Below, one piece after another: positions 23,667 to 36,651 of a DNA stretch of 64,000 nucleotides (within the stretch, counting starts at the first letter, position 1; every line of letters starts with the position of its first letter). Source of the DNA: Anthoceros angustus (Eukaryota > Plantae > Anthocerotophyta). Location of the stretch: the NCBI GenBank assembly GCA_010909165.1, contig MU008164.1:1550001-1614000 (forward strand), written 5' to 3'. Made by a program: the position numbers and the translations under genes. The notes beneath the pieces are model-generated. The model did not search any database. It was given only the letters and a program-made list of their open reading frames with translations, and was not told the DNA's origin.

Positions 23667-24750
23667 ATGGCAGCCTCGGACGGCACCAGCACGTCGCCAG
23701 CATCTTCGGCGAGCAAGAAGACCGGCAACTTGAGTGATCCCTACTCCCTCAAGCGCATCCTGGACGAAACTGCAAATGAGGTATCTGTAGCTGCGGCTTC
23801 TACCCAGGGCCCAGGCAGGGCTGGCTGGGATGCAGTTCTCCGGAATTGTGATGCGGTCGGGATATGCGCAGCAGGATAACGGAGCTTTGCAAGCCTTGTC
23901 AAGGTTATGTTGAATTTGGAGTGTGTTGGGATTGGCATGGCAGTTAATTCTGGGACGTGGGTACACGGAGGATCACACGCTCAGCAATTGGAAGATGATC
24001 ATCGGTTTGGCGGCATGTGCTGTAGCTGCTGCTGCGCAGTTCTATCCAAAGAAGTTTCCGGAGAATAAGCTGGTTCTCATAGCCTGCATCGTGTTATATC
24101 CAACCAGGATGAGCTGAGGAATGACTCTCTTTGCTTGATCAGGTGATAGTTGACTGGTGTGGAGGTCATGTGTGGTTGTTGCGTGTGTGATATCTTGCAT
24201 GGTCGATTTTTCTGTTGGAGTAGGTCCTAAGCTGTTACAAATATTGCCTCCTTGACTCTGGCAAGTACTTGATTTTGAACGTGGTCCTGCAACTTCTTAT
24301 GATGGTCAAGGAGAAGAATCATATCCTTTTCACACATCCGTTTTATGTAAGCTGTTCTTTCCTGGATGCTCGTTGTTGAACTCTGTGAATGAAGTATGTT
24401 CTGCTCGCTGACAGAAGGACTTGCAGGGATCATTTAGCAGCACAGGATTGGCTGTATCAGCTAAGCTTCCAAGATACTCAGATATGTATTCATTACGAAT
24501 AGCGAGCGGTGACCCTGGGTCCATTGCGGCACATGCCCCAGTCGAGCTGACGAAGAGCTTGACGAAGTGGTAGGCTGATCAGCTCGGATGTAGATTTTGG
24601 GGTCAGGACCAACTCCCTTCAGTGGCTGACGATCAATTGCGTTGCGATTGCAGGTTTACAAGAGACGGCGTTCTTGCGGAAGGAATTTTTCAAGATGACG
24701 TAGAAAGCCTTCTAGATGAGTTTGAGAAGGAACCCAAGAAATCGAAATAG
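23667..24750 (+). CDS. SPCS2: Signal peptidase complex subunit 2 (exons 23667-23780, 23944-24095, 24265-24346, 24427-24569, 24654-24750)
   Basis: NLSDPYSLKRILDE, GYTEDHTLSNWKM, AQFYPKKFPENK, KEKNHILFT, GLAVSAKLPRYSDMY, KWFTRDGVL. Confidence 0.9.
24096..24264 (+). other. Probable U12-type (minor spliceosome) intron with AT-AA termini
   Basis: 5' ATATCCAA, branch site TCCTTGAC at 24249-24256. With this donor only the AA end at 24264 restores CIVL-YLILN in frame. Confidence 0.65.
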
Positions 24751-25083
24751 CCATGACAGATGCATCCTCAATTCTGGGGGGCCTTTTTCACAGTTTGTTG
24801 TGGCGTATCGGCGCTGGCCATAACTTGTGTTGAACCTTCATAGGAATAGCAGCACAGTGGAGACAGAAGCGTACTCAAAGTAACTGAACATCGTTTTCCT
24901 GTACAACGGTGAGACATTGCCTCAACCAAGCAGTTCGAAGTGCACAAAGGCTGCGTTTCGTCAGCAGGAACTGCTAAGATAGTTCGAGACTTAAACTCCA
25001 GGATTTCCCACCCAACCAGCAAAGCGAGGCCCATCCGCTCCCCAAGAAGCATACAGGCAGCAGGGATTCCTGTTCGTCAGCTG

Positions 25084-25929
25084 CTAATTGGACTTGGAGG
25101 AGGAGATCCGGGCCGACTCTTCCCGCGTAGACGGGAAGAGTTCGACATACCTTCTGCCAATAGTCATCTTGTCCTTACACATGGCTGCCTTGGAGTCAGC
25201 GGGATCAGCAAACTCCACATACGCTTCCCCTGTAGCCCGGCCATCCGAATGAGTAAGGATGTGCACATTCTCATCCGAGAGGTTAAACTCCCGAAAGAAC
25301 TCTAGAATGTCCCGCTTGGAGGTGGAGAAGGGCAGCCCCCGCAGCTTGAGCACGCCCGTGTGCTCCATGTTCTCCTTGTCAGTAGAGGGCTTGCTAGCCT
25401 GGGCCCCTGCACCAGCAGCAGCAGTAGCAGGAGGCGTAGCAGCTGCTGCTGCTGACGCTGGGGTTGCAGGAGGAGCATAATCCTCCCTGGGCTCTGCTAC
25501 CTCCGCTGCCACAGCCATGTAATAGTCCTGCTTCTTGCTGCGGAAAACCTCAATGTAGCGGCGGCCCATGTTCTGCCGGTTCCTCTGCAGAGCAAAGTCG
25601 ACCTGCATTGGGGCCCCGAACACCACAAAAGCCTCCCCGGAGAAGCGGCCGCCCTTGTGCTGCAGCAGCACATCCACTACATCCAGGCCTGCAAAAAACT
25701 CAAATACATCGCTCTCTATGCAGTTAAAGGGCAGGCCCCGAAGGCGAACCACCGGGAACGGCCGAGGCTGCCCCAGCAGCACGGATGCAATCGAGGGGGC
25801 CCCGTATGCAAGCCCGGCCACCTGAAGGGAGGCCGGCGAGCTTGCAAAGTAGGAGCCCGCATCCATCAACCGCTGCCGTTTGGACCCGACCATGTCGTAT
25901 CCACCTGCACCTTCCCCGCTGCCCAACAT
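25084..25929 (-). CDS. hnRNP F/H-like RNA-binding protein with two quasi-RRMs
   Basis: FPVVRLRGLPFNC..GEAFVVF..MGRRYIEVF and GVLKLRGLPFS..GEAYVEF..IGRRYVELF, plus N-terminal GSKRQR. Additional 5' exon(s) upstream are possible. Confidence 0.92.
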   Translation of the reverse strand: MLGSGEGAGGYDMVGSKRQRLMDAGSYFASSPASLQVAGLAYGAPSIASVLLGQPRPFPVVRLRGLPFNCIESDVFEFFAGLDVVDVLLQHKGGRFSGEAFVVFGAPMQVDFALQRNRQNMGRRYIEVFRSKKQDYYMAVAAEVAEPREDYAPPATPASAAAAATPPATAAAGAGAQASKPSTDKENMEHTGVLKLRGLPFSTSKRDILEFFREFNLSDENVHILTHSDGRATGEAYVEFADPADSKAAMCKDKMTIGRRYVELFPSTREESARISSSKSN

Positions 25930-28916
25930 ATTCCTTCATCCCAGCCCGCCCCCCACAACTCACCCGTCAATACATGCCAACCCAACCCTCCCGCAAGGCA
26001 GATCACTGCTGCTCTCTCTTTCCCCCTCCCTTTCCCCCAGCAGCTATTCACACCCACACGGCACTGCACTGCTCTGCTGGACAATACGCAAACCCAACAA
26101 GCCCACCACAAGCTGAAAGGGGACTGACTGAATGAATGACTGACTGACCGGCTGAAGCATCAAGCATCAAGCATTATGTTACCCCGATGCATGGCAACCA
26201 AAGAACCAATACCATAAAGCGGAAGCAGAAGCATCAAAAGCCATAGAGCCGGGGCTCAGCATGGCGGCTCCTCAGTGTAGGCTGTGCACACCTGAAACAA
26301 GGAAGGAAGCAGGTACTTCAACAGGGATGCTAGTATTCTAGCCTTTCACCCTTACCCTCTTGCGAACATCGCTCGTTCTGACACCCTTGCTCCACCACCA
26401 CCACCCCTCCCTCCTCCCGGTCCCTGTGCTGTGATGCGGGATCAAGCACCACCCTTTACTCCCAAGCCATGCAGATGGGTGCATTCGTAACCCCACTCAC
26501 CCCGGATCTCCGACAAGCCTCAAGTTCCACACCAACGAATCCTACACCACAGAGCGGATCCACTTTACATTGCGAGAGCTATCACATCGCGCTTCCCATG
26601 CTGCCAGGTCGTCCCTCACCGAGACAGTCTCACCTTCACCTTCTCCTTGCAAGCTCGACCGCATGCAGCCCGGAACATGCTTATTTCCTCAAACCCTATG
26701 TTGCTTCTCCAACTAATTAACACCGTGACAGACAAAATGACGAAAATGACAACGTGAACTTGTGAAGGGCCCGCAGCCTGCTGGTGCTGCTCATCCCTCC
26801 CCTTTTCCGCTCCGTAGAGATTCTGCCAAATCAAAACATCTGCTGCTCTTCAGGAGATCCTCATGGTATCGTGAGCTTGTCAGTCTGCTGCCAAGATCCG
26901 GGGACAAATGTTATCCTGATCTTCTCAGAATTTTGCCTTGCCGTCCGTTCGTTCGTTCGTCCCTCAGCTTCTTCTGCAAGACTAACGGATTTTATTTGGT
27001 GTCGGATGTGTTCAGGCTAACACATTGAGACCGTACCTCACATGCATTCGCAACACACTCACAGCTGCAATGTGCCTGCAGGTTGCCTTCCATAATTAGG
27101 CTTGCTGATCTCAGTTCCCAATGACTATGCTGAGGGTGCATGGCCTCAGATTAATGTGTCGTGTTTCTGCAGAGATCTTGGTGTAGGGTGGTGTGTAGAC
27201 GGCTTACTCCCACTCATCTGGTGTGTATTGGAAGAATTTTCCATGCCAGGAGGTTGCGAGGCCGAACAAGCCTGAAGTTGAATTCAAGCGAGTCACTAGC
27301 TTTGCGTCTGCGTTGTGACAGATGGTAAGACTCAAGGTGTCTCTCCATGCAGCTTCTTTTGCCATTCACTGGTAGCTGTTTCGGTTGCAGGACATGTCCA
27401 GAACTGCTCCTCAACCCTGTACACTCCTTGCCTGAGATATTGCTGTCCACATGGAGACGTTAGTCTTCACTCTTCCATCCAATCATGAACGAGCAGTATA
27501 CGCCTTCTTCTTAATTTCCGCTCCATAACCTAACCCGGACGGTGTGTAGGTCCTAATATGCAGGAATGAAACCGGGAAGTGTTTAATTGAGAGCTCGATC
27601 AATTCTTTGCGAAAAAGTAAAAGGCATGTGGTTCCAAATGTCTGTTTTCTTTGTTTGCAAGGAGGGAGCTAGGGATGCCAGTCTTGAGGTACGTTTGTGC
27701 TGTGTAATGGGCTTCAGATTAAACAGGCAGACGACCTGGAGAACATCCTTGCCAGGAAGTTTTTGCGCTTCTTATCAATGAGAGCTGAGTCATTTCAGGT
27801 TCTCCGGATGAATCCTGTCCAGGTAGTGAACGCAGCATCAACCTCTTCTTTGAACTTGCTCGGTTCTGTGGATCAGTAATACTCGTCCCACTATCACTCT
27901 CCATATTGGCATTTTGATGCGATGCTTCATCGTTTTCCAGGGTTATGACATCAGCTTTTTATCACAAACCAACATGTTTAGAGATGGTACAAGCACAAGT
28001 TGATAGACTTCATTGTCCTTAAGTGCAAAATAGCAGCGTGCCGCCAAGAGTCTTCATTCCCTGCCTTCTTAGGTGTGTCAATTCCGCAAGGAAGCTAAGG
28101 CTAACTATTGGATTCTCTGTGCATGTGGCCAGGACATTGGTAAAGAGATCAGCAGTGGAAACTGTCTGTTGACACTAGAGGGCGATTGGTGGCTGCTGAA
28201 TTTCTCTTACAGTTCAGATAGTTCGAGACTTAAACTCCAGGATTTCCCACCCAACCAGCAAAGCGAGGCCCATCCGCTCCCAAGAAGCATACAGGCAGGG
28301 ATTCCTGTTCGTCAGCTGCTAATTGGACTTGGAGGAGGAGATGGCCGACTCTTCCCGCGTAGACGGGAAGAGTTCATACCTTCTGCCAATAGTCATCTTG
28401 TCCTTAAGTGCAAAATAGCAGCGTGCCGCCAAGAGTCTTCATTCCCTGCCTTCTTAGAGGTGTGTCAATTCCGCAAGGAAGCTAAGGCTAACTATTGGAT
28501 TCTCTGTGCATGTGGCCAGGACATTGGTAAAGAGATCAGCGAGTGGAAACTGTCTGTTGACACTAGAGGGCGATTGGTGGCTGCTGAATTTCTCTTACAG
28601 TTCAGATAGTTCCCGTCTGCACCGGCAACCTAGGCCACTTGTTGGCACTCTTTTAGAATGTGCCCCGGGTGGCACCCCATCCAAGTATTATAATATTGGC
28701 ACAGTACTATTCTAGTTTATAGGTTCTGAGTGGTAGGTTTCTAGTTAAATCTGTGGTTTAGGCACGTAGTACTACTTTAGGATCTAGGTTCCGAAGATAG
28801 TAGGTTCCCTCGTGTGGGTTGCAGTACTTCCCTATAAAGGCCTCTAAGAATAAGTTCTTTGTGTGTGATTTTTGCAAACTCGCTTTTGTTAAAGCGCTCG
28901 TTTATATAAGAAGCTT

Positions 28917-29486
28917 GTGCCTACGGTGTGCCTACGGAGTAAGAAGCTTGTGCGGTGTGCCTACGGAATAAGAAGCTTGTGCCTACCGGACAGGAGGAAT
29001 AATATGGGAAGGCTGTACATAAATGATAGTAACACTACGTACCGTCACTACATACATGATAGTAACACTATGTCCCATCATTGGGAAAAGTGGGTGCAAC
29101 TTACTCTTAAGAATCCAAAACCTGGTCACGAAACTCTTGGCCGTTTGCTCAAACTATCTCGGAAGTATACGTTCAATATCAAGAAACAGCATACACAAGA
29201 ATTCTACACAACCCTAGAAGCACGACTACAATTGAAGCAGGATGGGACCAAATGGACTAAGGAAGAAGAACTAGCTCTTAATATTATAGGACTTATAATG
29301 GCTCATCTTACCGATCCTGAGTGTGAAAATGAAATGGCCTTTTATAGCGATAGGGTTATTAGTCGGGCTTACGATTCATTGGTTCAAGGCTTAGCACCAC
29401 ATATAGTTATTTTACTTTTAAATATTCAGTTGAGAATGTCGGACGAGGGATCCTGGTTAAGGATCATCGCAGTGGGCACTATGTGA
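28917..29486 (+). other. Unassigned ORF in AT-rich TE-like block, preceded by aagaagcttgtgc tandem units (second copy 32590-33021)
   Basis: 189-aa ORF (first ATG at MGRLY), TATA-like cctataaa at ~28831, no recognisable domain. Confidence 0.3.
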
Positions 29487-29732
29487 GCCAACCTTTGCAT
29501 GGACTTTGCAATTGAAAATTTGGTTTTATTCTTGGATACATGTATGTCTTTAAAGTTAGTAGTGATGAGAGTGGGTCGAGATTTTAAGCGCACTGAAAAA
29601 GGGGGTATAAAAGAAACCTTTTCTAATACAAAAATAACTTGGGAGTGATAGATGGAGGGGCTCAAAGAGATATTTGTGCCAACGGCATCGGGAGATGCAG
29701 CTTCTTTGACGCCGGTGATAAGTAGGCCTTTT

Positions 29733-29980
29733 CACATCCACTACATCCAGGCCTGCAAAAACTCAAATACATCGCTCTCTATGCAGTTAAAGGGCAGGCC
29801 CCGAAGGCGAACCACCCGAACGGCCGAGGCTGCCCCAGCAGCACGGATGCAATCGAGGGGCCCCATATGCAAGCCACCTGAAGGGAGGCCGGCGAGCTTG
29901 CAAAGTAAGCCTGCATCCATCAACCGCTGCCGTTTGGACCCGACCATGTCGTATCCACCTGCACCTTCGCTGCCTCCAAC
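29733..29980 (-). pseudogene. Frameshifted 5' fragment of the qRRM gene within the duplication
   Basis: GAGGYDMVGSKRQRLMD..VVRLRGLPFNCIESDVFEF, truncated at the 29733 junction. Confidence 0.8.
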
Positions 29981-32900
29981 ATATTCCTTCATCCCAGCCC
30001 GCCCCCACAACTCACCCGTCAATACATGCCAACCCAACCCTCCCGCAAGGCAGATCACTGCTGCTCTCTTTCCCCTCCCTTTCCCCAGCAGCTATTCACA
30101 CCCACACGGCACTGCACTGCTCTGCTGGACAATACGCAAACCCAACAAGCCCACCACAAGCTGAAAGGGACTGACTGAATGAATGACTGACTGACCGGCT
30201 GAAGCATCAAGCATCAAGCATTATTACCCCGATGCATGGCAAACCAAAGAACCAATACCATAAAGCGGAAGCAGAAGCATCAAAAGCCATAGAGCCAGGG
30301 CTCAGCATGGCTCCTCAGTGTAGGCTGTGCACACCTGAAACAAGGAAGGAAGCAGGTACTTCAACAGGGATGCTAGTATTCTAGCCTTTCACTCCCTTAC
30401 CCTCTTGCAGACATCGCTCGTTCTGACACCCTTGCTCCACCACCACCACCCCTCCCTCCTCCCGGTCCCTGTGCTGTGATGCGGGATCAAGCACCACCCT
30501 TTACTCCCAAGCCATGCAGATGGGTGCATTCGTAACCCCACTCACCCCGGATCTCCGACAAGCCTCAAGTTCCACACCAACGAATCCTACACCACAGAGC
30601 GGATCCACTTTACATTGCGAGAGCTATCACATCGCGCTTCCCATGCTGCCAGGTCGTCCCTCACCGAGACAGTCTCACCTTCACCTTCTCCTTGCAAGCT
30701 CGACCGCATGCAGCCCGGAACATGCTTATTTCCTCAAACCCTATGTTGCTTCTCCAACTAATTAACACCGTGACAGACAAAATGACGAAAATGACAACGT
30801 GAACTTGTGAAGGGCCCGCAGCCTGCTGGTGCTGCTCATCCCTCCCTTTTCCGCTCCGTAGAGATTCTGCCAAATCAAAACATCTGCTGCTCTTCAGGAG
30901 ATCCTCATGGTATCGTGAGCTTGTCAGTCTGCTGCCAAGATCCGGGGACAAATGTTATCCTGATCTTCTCAGAATTTTGCCTTGCCGTCCGTTCGTTCGT
31001 TCGTCCCTCAGCTTCTTCTGCAAGACTAACGGATTTTATTTGGTGTCGGATGTGTTCAGGCTAACACATTGAGACCGTACCTCACATGCATTCGCAACAC
31101 ACTCACAGCTGCAATGTGCCTGCAGGTTGCCTTCCATAATTAGGCTTGCTGATCTCAGTTCCCAATGACTATGCTGAGGGTGCATGGCCTCAGATTAATG
31201 TGTCGTGTTTCTGCAGAGATCTTGGTGTAGGGTGGTGTGTAGACGGCTTACTCCCACTCATCTGGTGTGTATTGGAAGAATTTTCCATGCCAGGAGGTTG
31301 CGAGGCCGAACAAGCCTGAAGTTGAATTCAAGCGAGTCACTAGCTTTGCGTCTGCGTTGTGACAGATGGTAAGACTCAAGGTGTCTCTCCATGCAGCTTC
31401 TTTTGCCATTCACTGGTAGCTGTTTCGGTTGCAGGACATGTCCAGAACTGCTCCTCAACCCTGTACACTCCTTGCCTGAGATATTGCTGTCCACATGGAG
31501 ACGTTAGTCTTCACTCTTCCATCCAATCATGAACGAGCAGTATACGCCTTCTTCTTAATTTCCGCTCCATAACCTAACCCGGACGGTGTGTAGGTCCTAA
31601 TATGCAGGAATGAAACCGGGAAGTGTTTAATTGAGAGCTCGATCAATTCTTTGCGAAAAAAGTAAAAAGGCATGTGGTTCCAAATGTCTGTTTTCTTTGT
31701 TTGCAAGGAGGGAGCTAGGGATGCCAGTCTTGAGGTACGTTTGTGCTGTGTAATGGGCTTCAGATTAAACAGGCAGACGACCTGGAGAACATCCTTGCCA
31801 GGAAGTTTTTGCGCTTCTTATCAATGAGAGCTGAGTCATTTCAGGTTCTCCGGATGAATCCTGTCCAGGTAGTGAACGCAGCATCAACCTCTTCTTTGAA
31901 CTTGCTCGGTTCTGTGGATCAGTAATACTCGTCCCACACTATCACTCTCCATATTGGCATTTTGATGCGATGCTTCATCGTTTTCCAGGGTTATGACATC
32001 AGCTTTTTTATCACAAACCAACATGTTTAGAGATGGTACAAGCACAAGTTGATAGACTTCATTGTCCTTAAGTGCAAAATAGCAGCGTGCCGCCAAGAGT
32101 CTTCATTCCCTGCCTTCTTAGAGGTGTGTCAATTCCGCAAGGAAGCTAAGGCTAACTATTGGATTCTCTGTGCATGTGGCCAGGACATTGGTAAAGAGAT
32201 CAGCGAGTGGAAACTGTCTGTTGACACTAGAGGGCGATTGGTGGCTGCTGAATTTCTCTTACAGTTCAGATAGTTCCCGTCTGCACCGGCAACCTAGGCC
32301 ACTTGTTGGCACTCTTTTAGAATGTGCCCCCGGGTGGCACCCCATCCAAGTATTATAATATTGGCACACAGTACTATTCTAGTTTATAGGTTCTGAGAGT
32401 GGTAGGTTTCTAGTTAAATCTGTGGTTTAGGCACGTAGTACTACTTTAGGATCTAGGTTCCGAAGATAGTAGGTTCCCTCGTGTGGGTTGCGGTACTTCC
32501 CTATATAAAGGCCTCTAAGAATAAGTTCTTTGTGTGTGATTTTTTGCAAACTCGCTTTTTGTTAAAGCGCTCGTTTATATAAGAAGCTTGTGCCTACGGT
32601 GTGCCTACGGAGTAAGAAGCTTGTGCGGTGTGCCTACGGAATAAGAAGCTTGTGCCTACCGGACAGGAGGAATAATATGGGAAGGCTGTACATAAATGAT
32701 AGTAACACTACGTACCGTCACTACATACATGATAGTAACACTATGTCCCATCATTGGGAAAAGTGGGTGCAACTTACTCTTAAGAATCCAAAACCTGGTC
32801 ACGAAACTCTTGGCCGTTTGCTCAAACTATCTCGGAAGTATACGTTCAATATCAAGAAACAGCATACACAAGAATTCTACACAACCCTAGAAGCACGACT

Positions 32901-33832
32901 ACAATTGAAGCAGGATGGGACCAAATGGACTAAGGAAGAAGAACTAGCTCTTAATATTATAGGACTTATAATGGCTCATCTTACCGATCCTGAGTGTGAA
33001 AATGAAATGGCCTTTTTATAGCAGATAGGGTTATTAGTCCGGCCGGGGCTTAGCACGATTCATTGGTTCAAGGCTTAGCACCACATATAGTTATTTTACT
33101 TTTAAATATTCAGCTGAGAATGTCGGACGAGGGATCCTGGTTAAGGATCATCGCAGTGGGCACTATGTGAGCCAACCTTTGCATGGACTTTGCAATTGAA
33201 AATTTGGTTTTATTCTTGGATACATGTATGTCTTTAAAGTTAGTAGTGATGAGAGTGGGTCGAGATTTTAAGCGCACTGAAAAAGGGGGTAAAAAAGAAA
33301 CCTTTTCTAATACAAAAATAACTTGGGAGTGATAGATGGAGGGGCTCAAAGAGATATTTGTGCCAACGGCATCGCGGGAGATGCAGCTTCTTTGACGCCG
33401 GTGATAAGTAGGCCTTTTCACATCCCTGTCCATGAAGGTCTAGTTTTGAAATGTGTGATGGTGGGGGCTAGTCCCTCTGGCATGGTGCCCTTCATTGGGT
33501 TTTTCCTCCTTTGTTTTTGGGGTGGATGGGTTTTTTCCATCTCTTTTTTATAATAAAGTCTTCATTTTCTCCAATGGCATCCAATGTGTAATAATTTTTG
33601 AATTAATATTTAAAAGATTCATGTAACATAAGGGTGTAAGCATGCTTTGGTGTTATATAATAGCACCAGAGAGTCTAGAATACTTTGTTTCTTTCTACAC
33701 TACTATGACATCTCTAGCCCTTTAAGCTCCTTAGTTGTTGTGCTCGTTCCTCCGCTCTGATGGTAGTTGCACAAACTCCTTCCATCTTGCACCCAATAAG
33801 AAGCATGCTCAAGGCAAAGCATGGTGAACCCA

Positions 33833-33945
33833 CAGCCGCAATGAGAGCTTGTTTGATGCACAGCCGCAATGAGAGCTTGTTCGACGCATATCCGCAATGA
33901 GAGCTTGTTTGACGCATAGCCGCAATGAGAAGCGAGCTCGATGTA
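33833..33945. repeat. 4 x ~28-bp tandem repeat
   Basis: ccgcaatgagagcttgtttga units; degraded copy at ~38120-38220. Confidence 0.85.
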
Positions 33946-34894
33946 TAACCACAAGAAGAAGCTTGCTCAATGCACAACCGCGATAGATTGCCCTATGAGC
34001 CTGATATAACAGACTTAATTAGCTAATTATCGTCAGGGGTAGCAAAGACCCATATTGTGGCATCTTCAATGTAATTGTAGCAGCTTAGTGGCGGGAACAT
34101 AGGGCGGCTAGAAACAAGCGAATTAGTGGTGACATTTTGGAACTACATTTCACTATAGACAACGTAAGTGTGAAGCTAATATTTGTCATGGTTTATATCG
34201 TATACGCCTCTCGCATAGCTCAATTTTAACTTCATGTGTGGTTTTAATAAAAACCCTAGGAGGGCTTGTTAATATATGCCTTCTTGCCCATGCCAGCCAG
34301 ATGAAGTGTGGGATATAGTGGTCCAGGTTATTTTTGGAATGTTTGAGCTCCACATGTCGAAGCATTGATTCAAATATCATTGTTGCTCTTGATTTCTTCT
34401 ATGAAGAAGAAAGCAACAAGGAAGCCTACCAAGAAATGAAAGTTTGCTTGGATAGTACAACGACATTAAGGATATCATGACCAACAATCTATGGTGTCAT
34501 GTTTTGATAAAATGTTTCGGCAACGTCTTCGGGTTTGTTGAAGTATATTTCTGTACATATACGGTGAAGTAGGTCCACTGCTTTTCATTTCTGATACTTG
34601 ATTTTGCAAAGTTGTTCTTGTTGAGGTGAAAGTTGCCATGGCCCTTTGTCGCCTGGCTTCTGGACATAAGCTTCAAACTATTGGTGATATCTTTGGATGC
34701 AGTACTTCTATCGTTGGTTTGACAAAACATGCTTTTTTGTGATGTTCTTGTCACTAAAGTGCATGCATTGTATGTTTCTTGGCGAGGAGAAGACAAGTTG
34801 TTGAAATACTCTCAAGAATTTGAGGTGCTATAGGGCATTCCGTATGTGGTTGGAACTAGTGGATGGCTCCCACATCCCTATTTTGGGACCCTCT

Positions 34895-35090
34895 GAAGAA
34901 GAAGAAGAAGAAGAATTTTATTTAAGTGCACTAAGGACGAATTTCCATCATGGGACTTGGTACTTAACAACTTGCACCATGGTGTGCCTAAGCTACTTGC
35001 ACCAAGGGCATCCACTCCCTTTAGGCACCCCATCTAAGTACCGATCTAAGCTCAGGATGCTTAATCACTACGTTCTTATAAATGTGTGTC
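34895..35090 (-). mobile_element. Dispersed ~190-bp repeat ending (minus strand) in AATAAAA-(TTC)n; probable SINE/LINE 3' end
   Basis: (gaa)n-ttttattt-cactaaggacg...atgcttaatcac; copies at 39175-39360, 61280-61468 and a diverged one at ~4.0 kb. Confidence 0.6.
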
Positions 35091-35379
35091 CATTTGGCCT
35101 AAGCCATTTGAAGCCAAGGCAGATTATTACAATCGCAAAGGATTCTACTCACAACTGCTCCAAGTTACGGTAACAGCAAATTGCTTAATATAGGATTACG
35201 ATTTTGGTTGGACAGGTAGCCTTAATGACTGGAACTTGTTCTAGAGAACAAAGCTTGGCCAAAACTGTGCGAGTGGCAAGCTTGGACATTATTATGTGGG
35301 AGATGCAAGATATTGGCCAAGGGTATACATGTTGATACCATACCGATGGTCATGTGACGTTTGTTAGCTATGCAATCGT

Positions 35380-35615
35380 CTTGGACTTATGTGCGTAACA
35401 CTCGTATGGTAGAGGAGGCAGATATCGCAACCTTGCTCCATATGTCATTGCGGCCATTGCGGCAAGAATTGGAGCAAGGTTCACGCATTGGCAAGAATTG
35501 GAGCAAGGTTCATGCATTGGCAAGAATTAACATTGCGGCCATATGCCACGATTTCGACAAATCCTCAAAAGCATGCAGGCAAAAGTGGAAGACCATTTAT
35601 AACAATTACAAAGTG
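35380..35615 (+). pseudogene. Myb/SANT-like (trihelix) DNA-binding fragment, possibly a PIF/Harbinger ORF1 relic
   Basis: NWSKV...DKSSKACRQKWKTIYNNYK resembles trihelix helix 3, interrupted by a 29-bp tandem duplication. Copy at ~39650-39890. Confidence 0.5.
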
Positions 35616-36651
35616 GAATTCACATATGGAGCAAGGTTGCATGCCTTCCATATGTCTTTGCAGCTGCGAGATTGTGGCCTATCCGTGCCTTTGCAGCTGC
35701 CAAATTGTGCCTGCTTGTTGCCTAGCAGCTGCCCGATTGGTGTCTACGTGCTCCCTTGCAGCTGTCCGATTGGTGTCTACGTGCTCCCTTGCAGCTGTCA
35801 ATGTGATGTTTGCTATAGCATTCACCTTGATGGTCTCCACCACTTCATACACAATACCATCCCCGCTCCTACCAACATCGCTGTCGCAACTCACAGAACA
35901 CAAAGTGCCTACCCTTCTGGTAATGCATGTTTATCACCGTTGACTACAGTTTTGCATGGCTTTTTATTATTGGTACAATCGGTGCCTGGCAGTGCATGTC
36001 AAACACCACTGGCCCTCGAGGGTAGGTGGTGCTCTGACACCACTGCCACATCCACATTGGCGCCACGGTGGTGCAACCATCCCAGAACCACCGGCGAGTG
36101 TTAAATACCTACGAAGGTGTGTGCCAATAAGAAAGCGCCATGTTGCCACCGGCCAGGATGTAAAACCACCCTCACTCCGCCATGCTTGCGATCAACTTTG
36201 GCATAATTTGTTGGGCGTTGATGAGGCTATGAGCTTGAGAAAGCCAATCCCCAACTTATGCTGCGAAAGAGAAACAACGGACCTCATGGAAGAAAGGGCT
36301 CCAACTTCGTTCTCCACCAAAGTCCCTACTCCAATCCCAATATGTTCCAGTAATTTATTCAATAAATATAAATAGCCTAGTGTATAAAATGCTCGTAAAG
36401 TAGGTACTTATTTATTGAACTTACGTGGACCAGCGGTTCATGACGGCGGGGAGCTTTATAATTTTTGTAACATAGGATTTGACATCGTCAAAGTGACCTT
36501 TTTTATCTACCTGATGACTGGGCAGTGTCAAAGTTTTTTGACGGCGGAAGAAGGAAGTCGATTGCCATGGGTAAAAGGAAGAGTGACATATAAGATACAT
36601 GTCTCTCGTGTCTACAGCTCCACGTCGAGAGCACACAGACTGCGGGAAAAA

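Larger units (their letters stand above)
25669..33426. repeat. Nested near-identical duplications: 25669-28222 ~ 29733-32276; 28398-29739 ~ 32062-33426; 28216-28406 copies 24978-25177
   Basis: Direct sequence identity; the copies differ mostly by 1-4-nt indels. Confidence 0.92.

Noticed and set aside
24321-24328. Perfect U12 donor ATATCCTT in SPCS2
   Set aside because: Lies inside the conserved KEKNHILFT exon, so it is coding sequence.
28073-28609. 178-aa ORF with an internal repeat
   Set aside because: Created by the duplication junctions and includes antisense qRRM sequence.
34929-34950. CACTA terminus (cactaaggacg) in the dispersed repeat
   Set aside because: Homology between copies extends upstream into the (GAA)n-ttttattt tail, and no matching inverted end was found.
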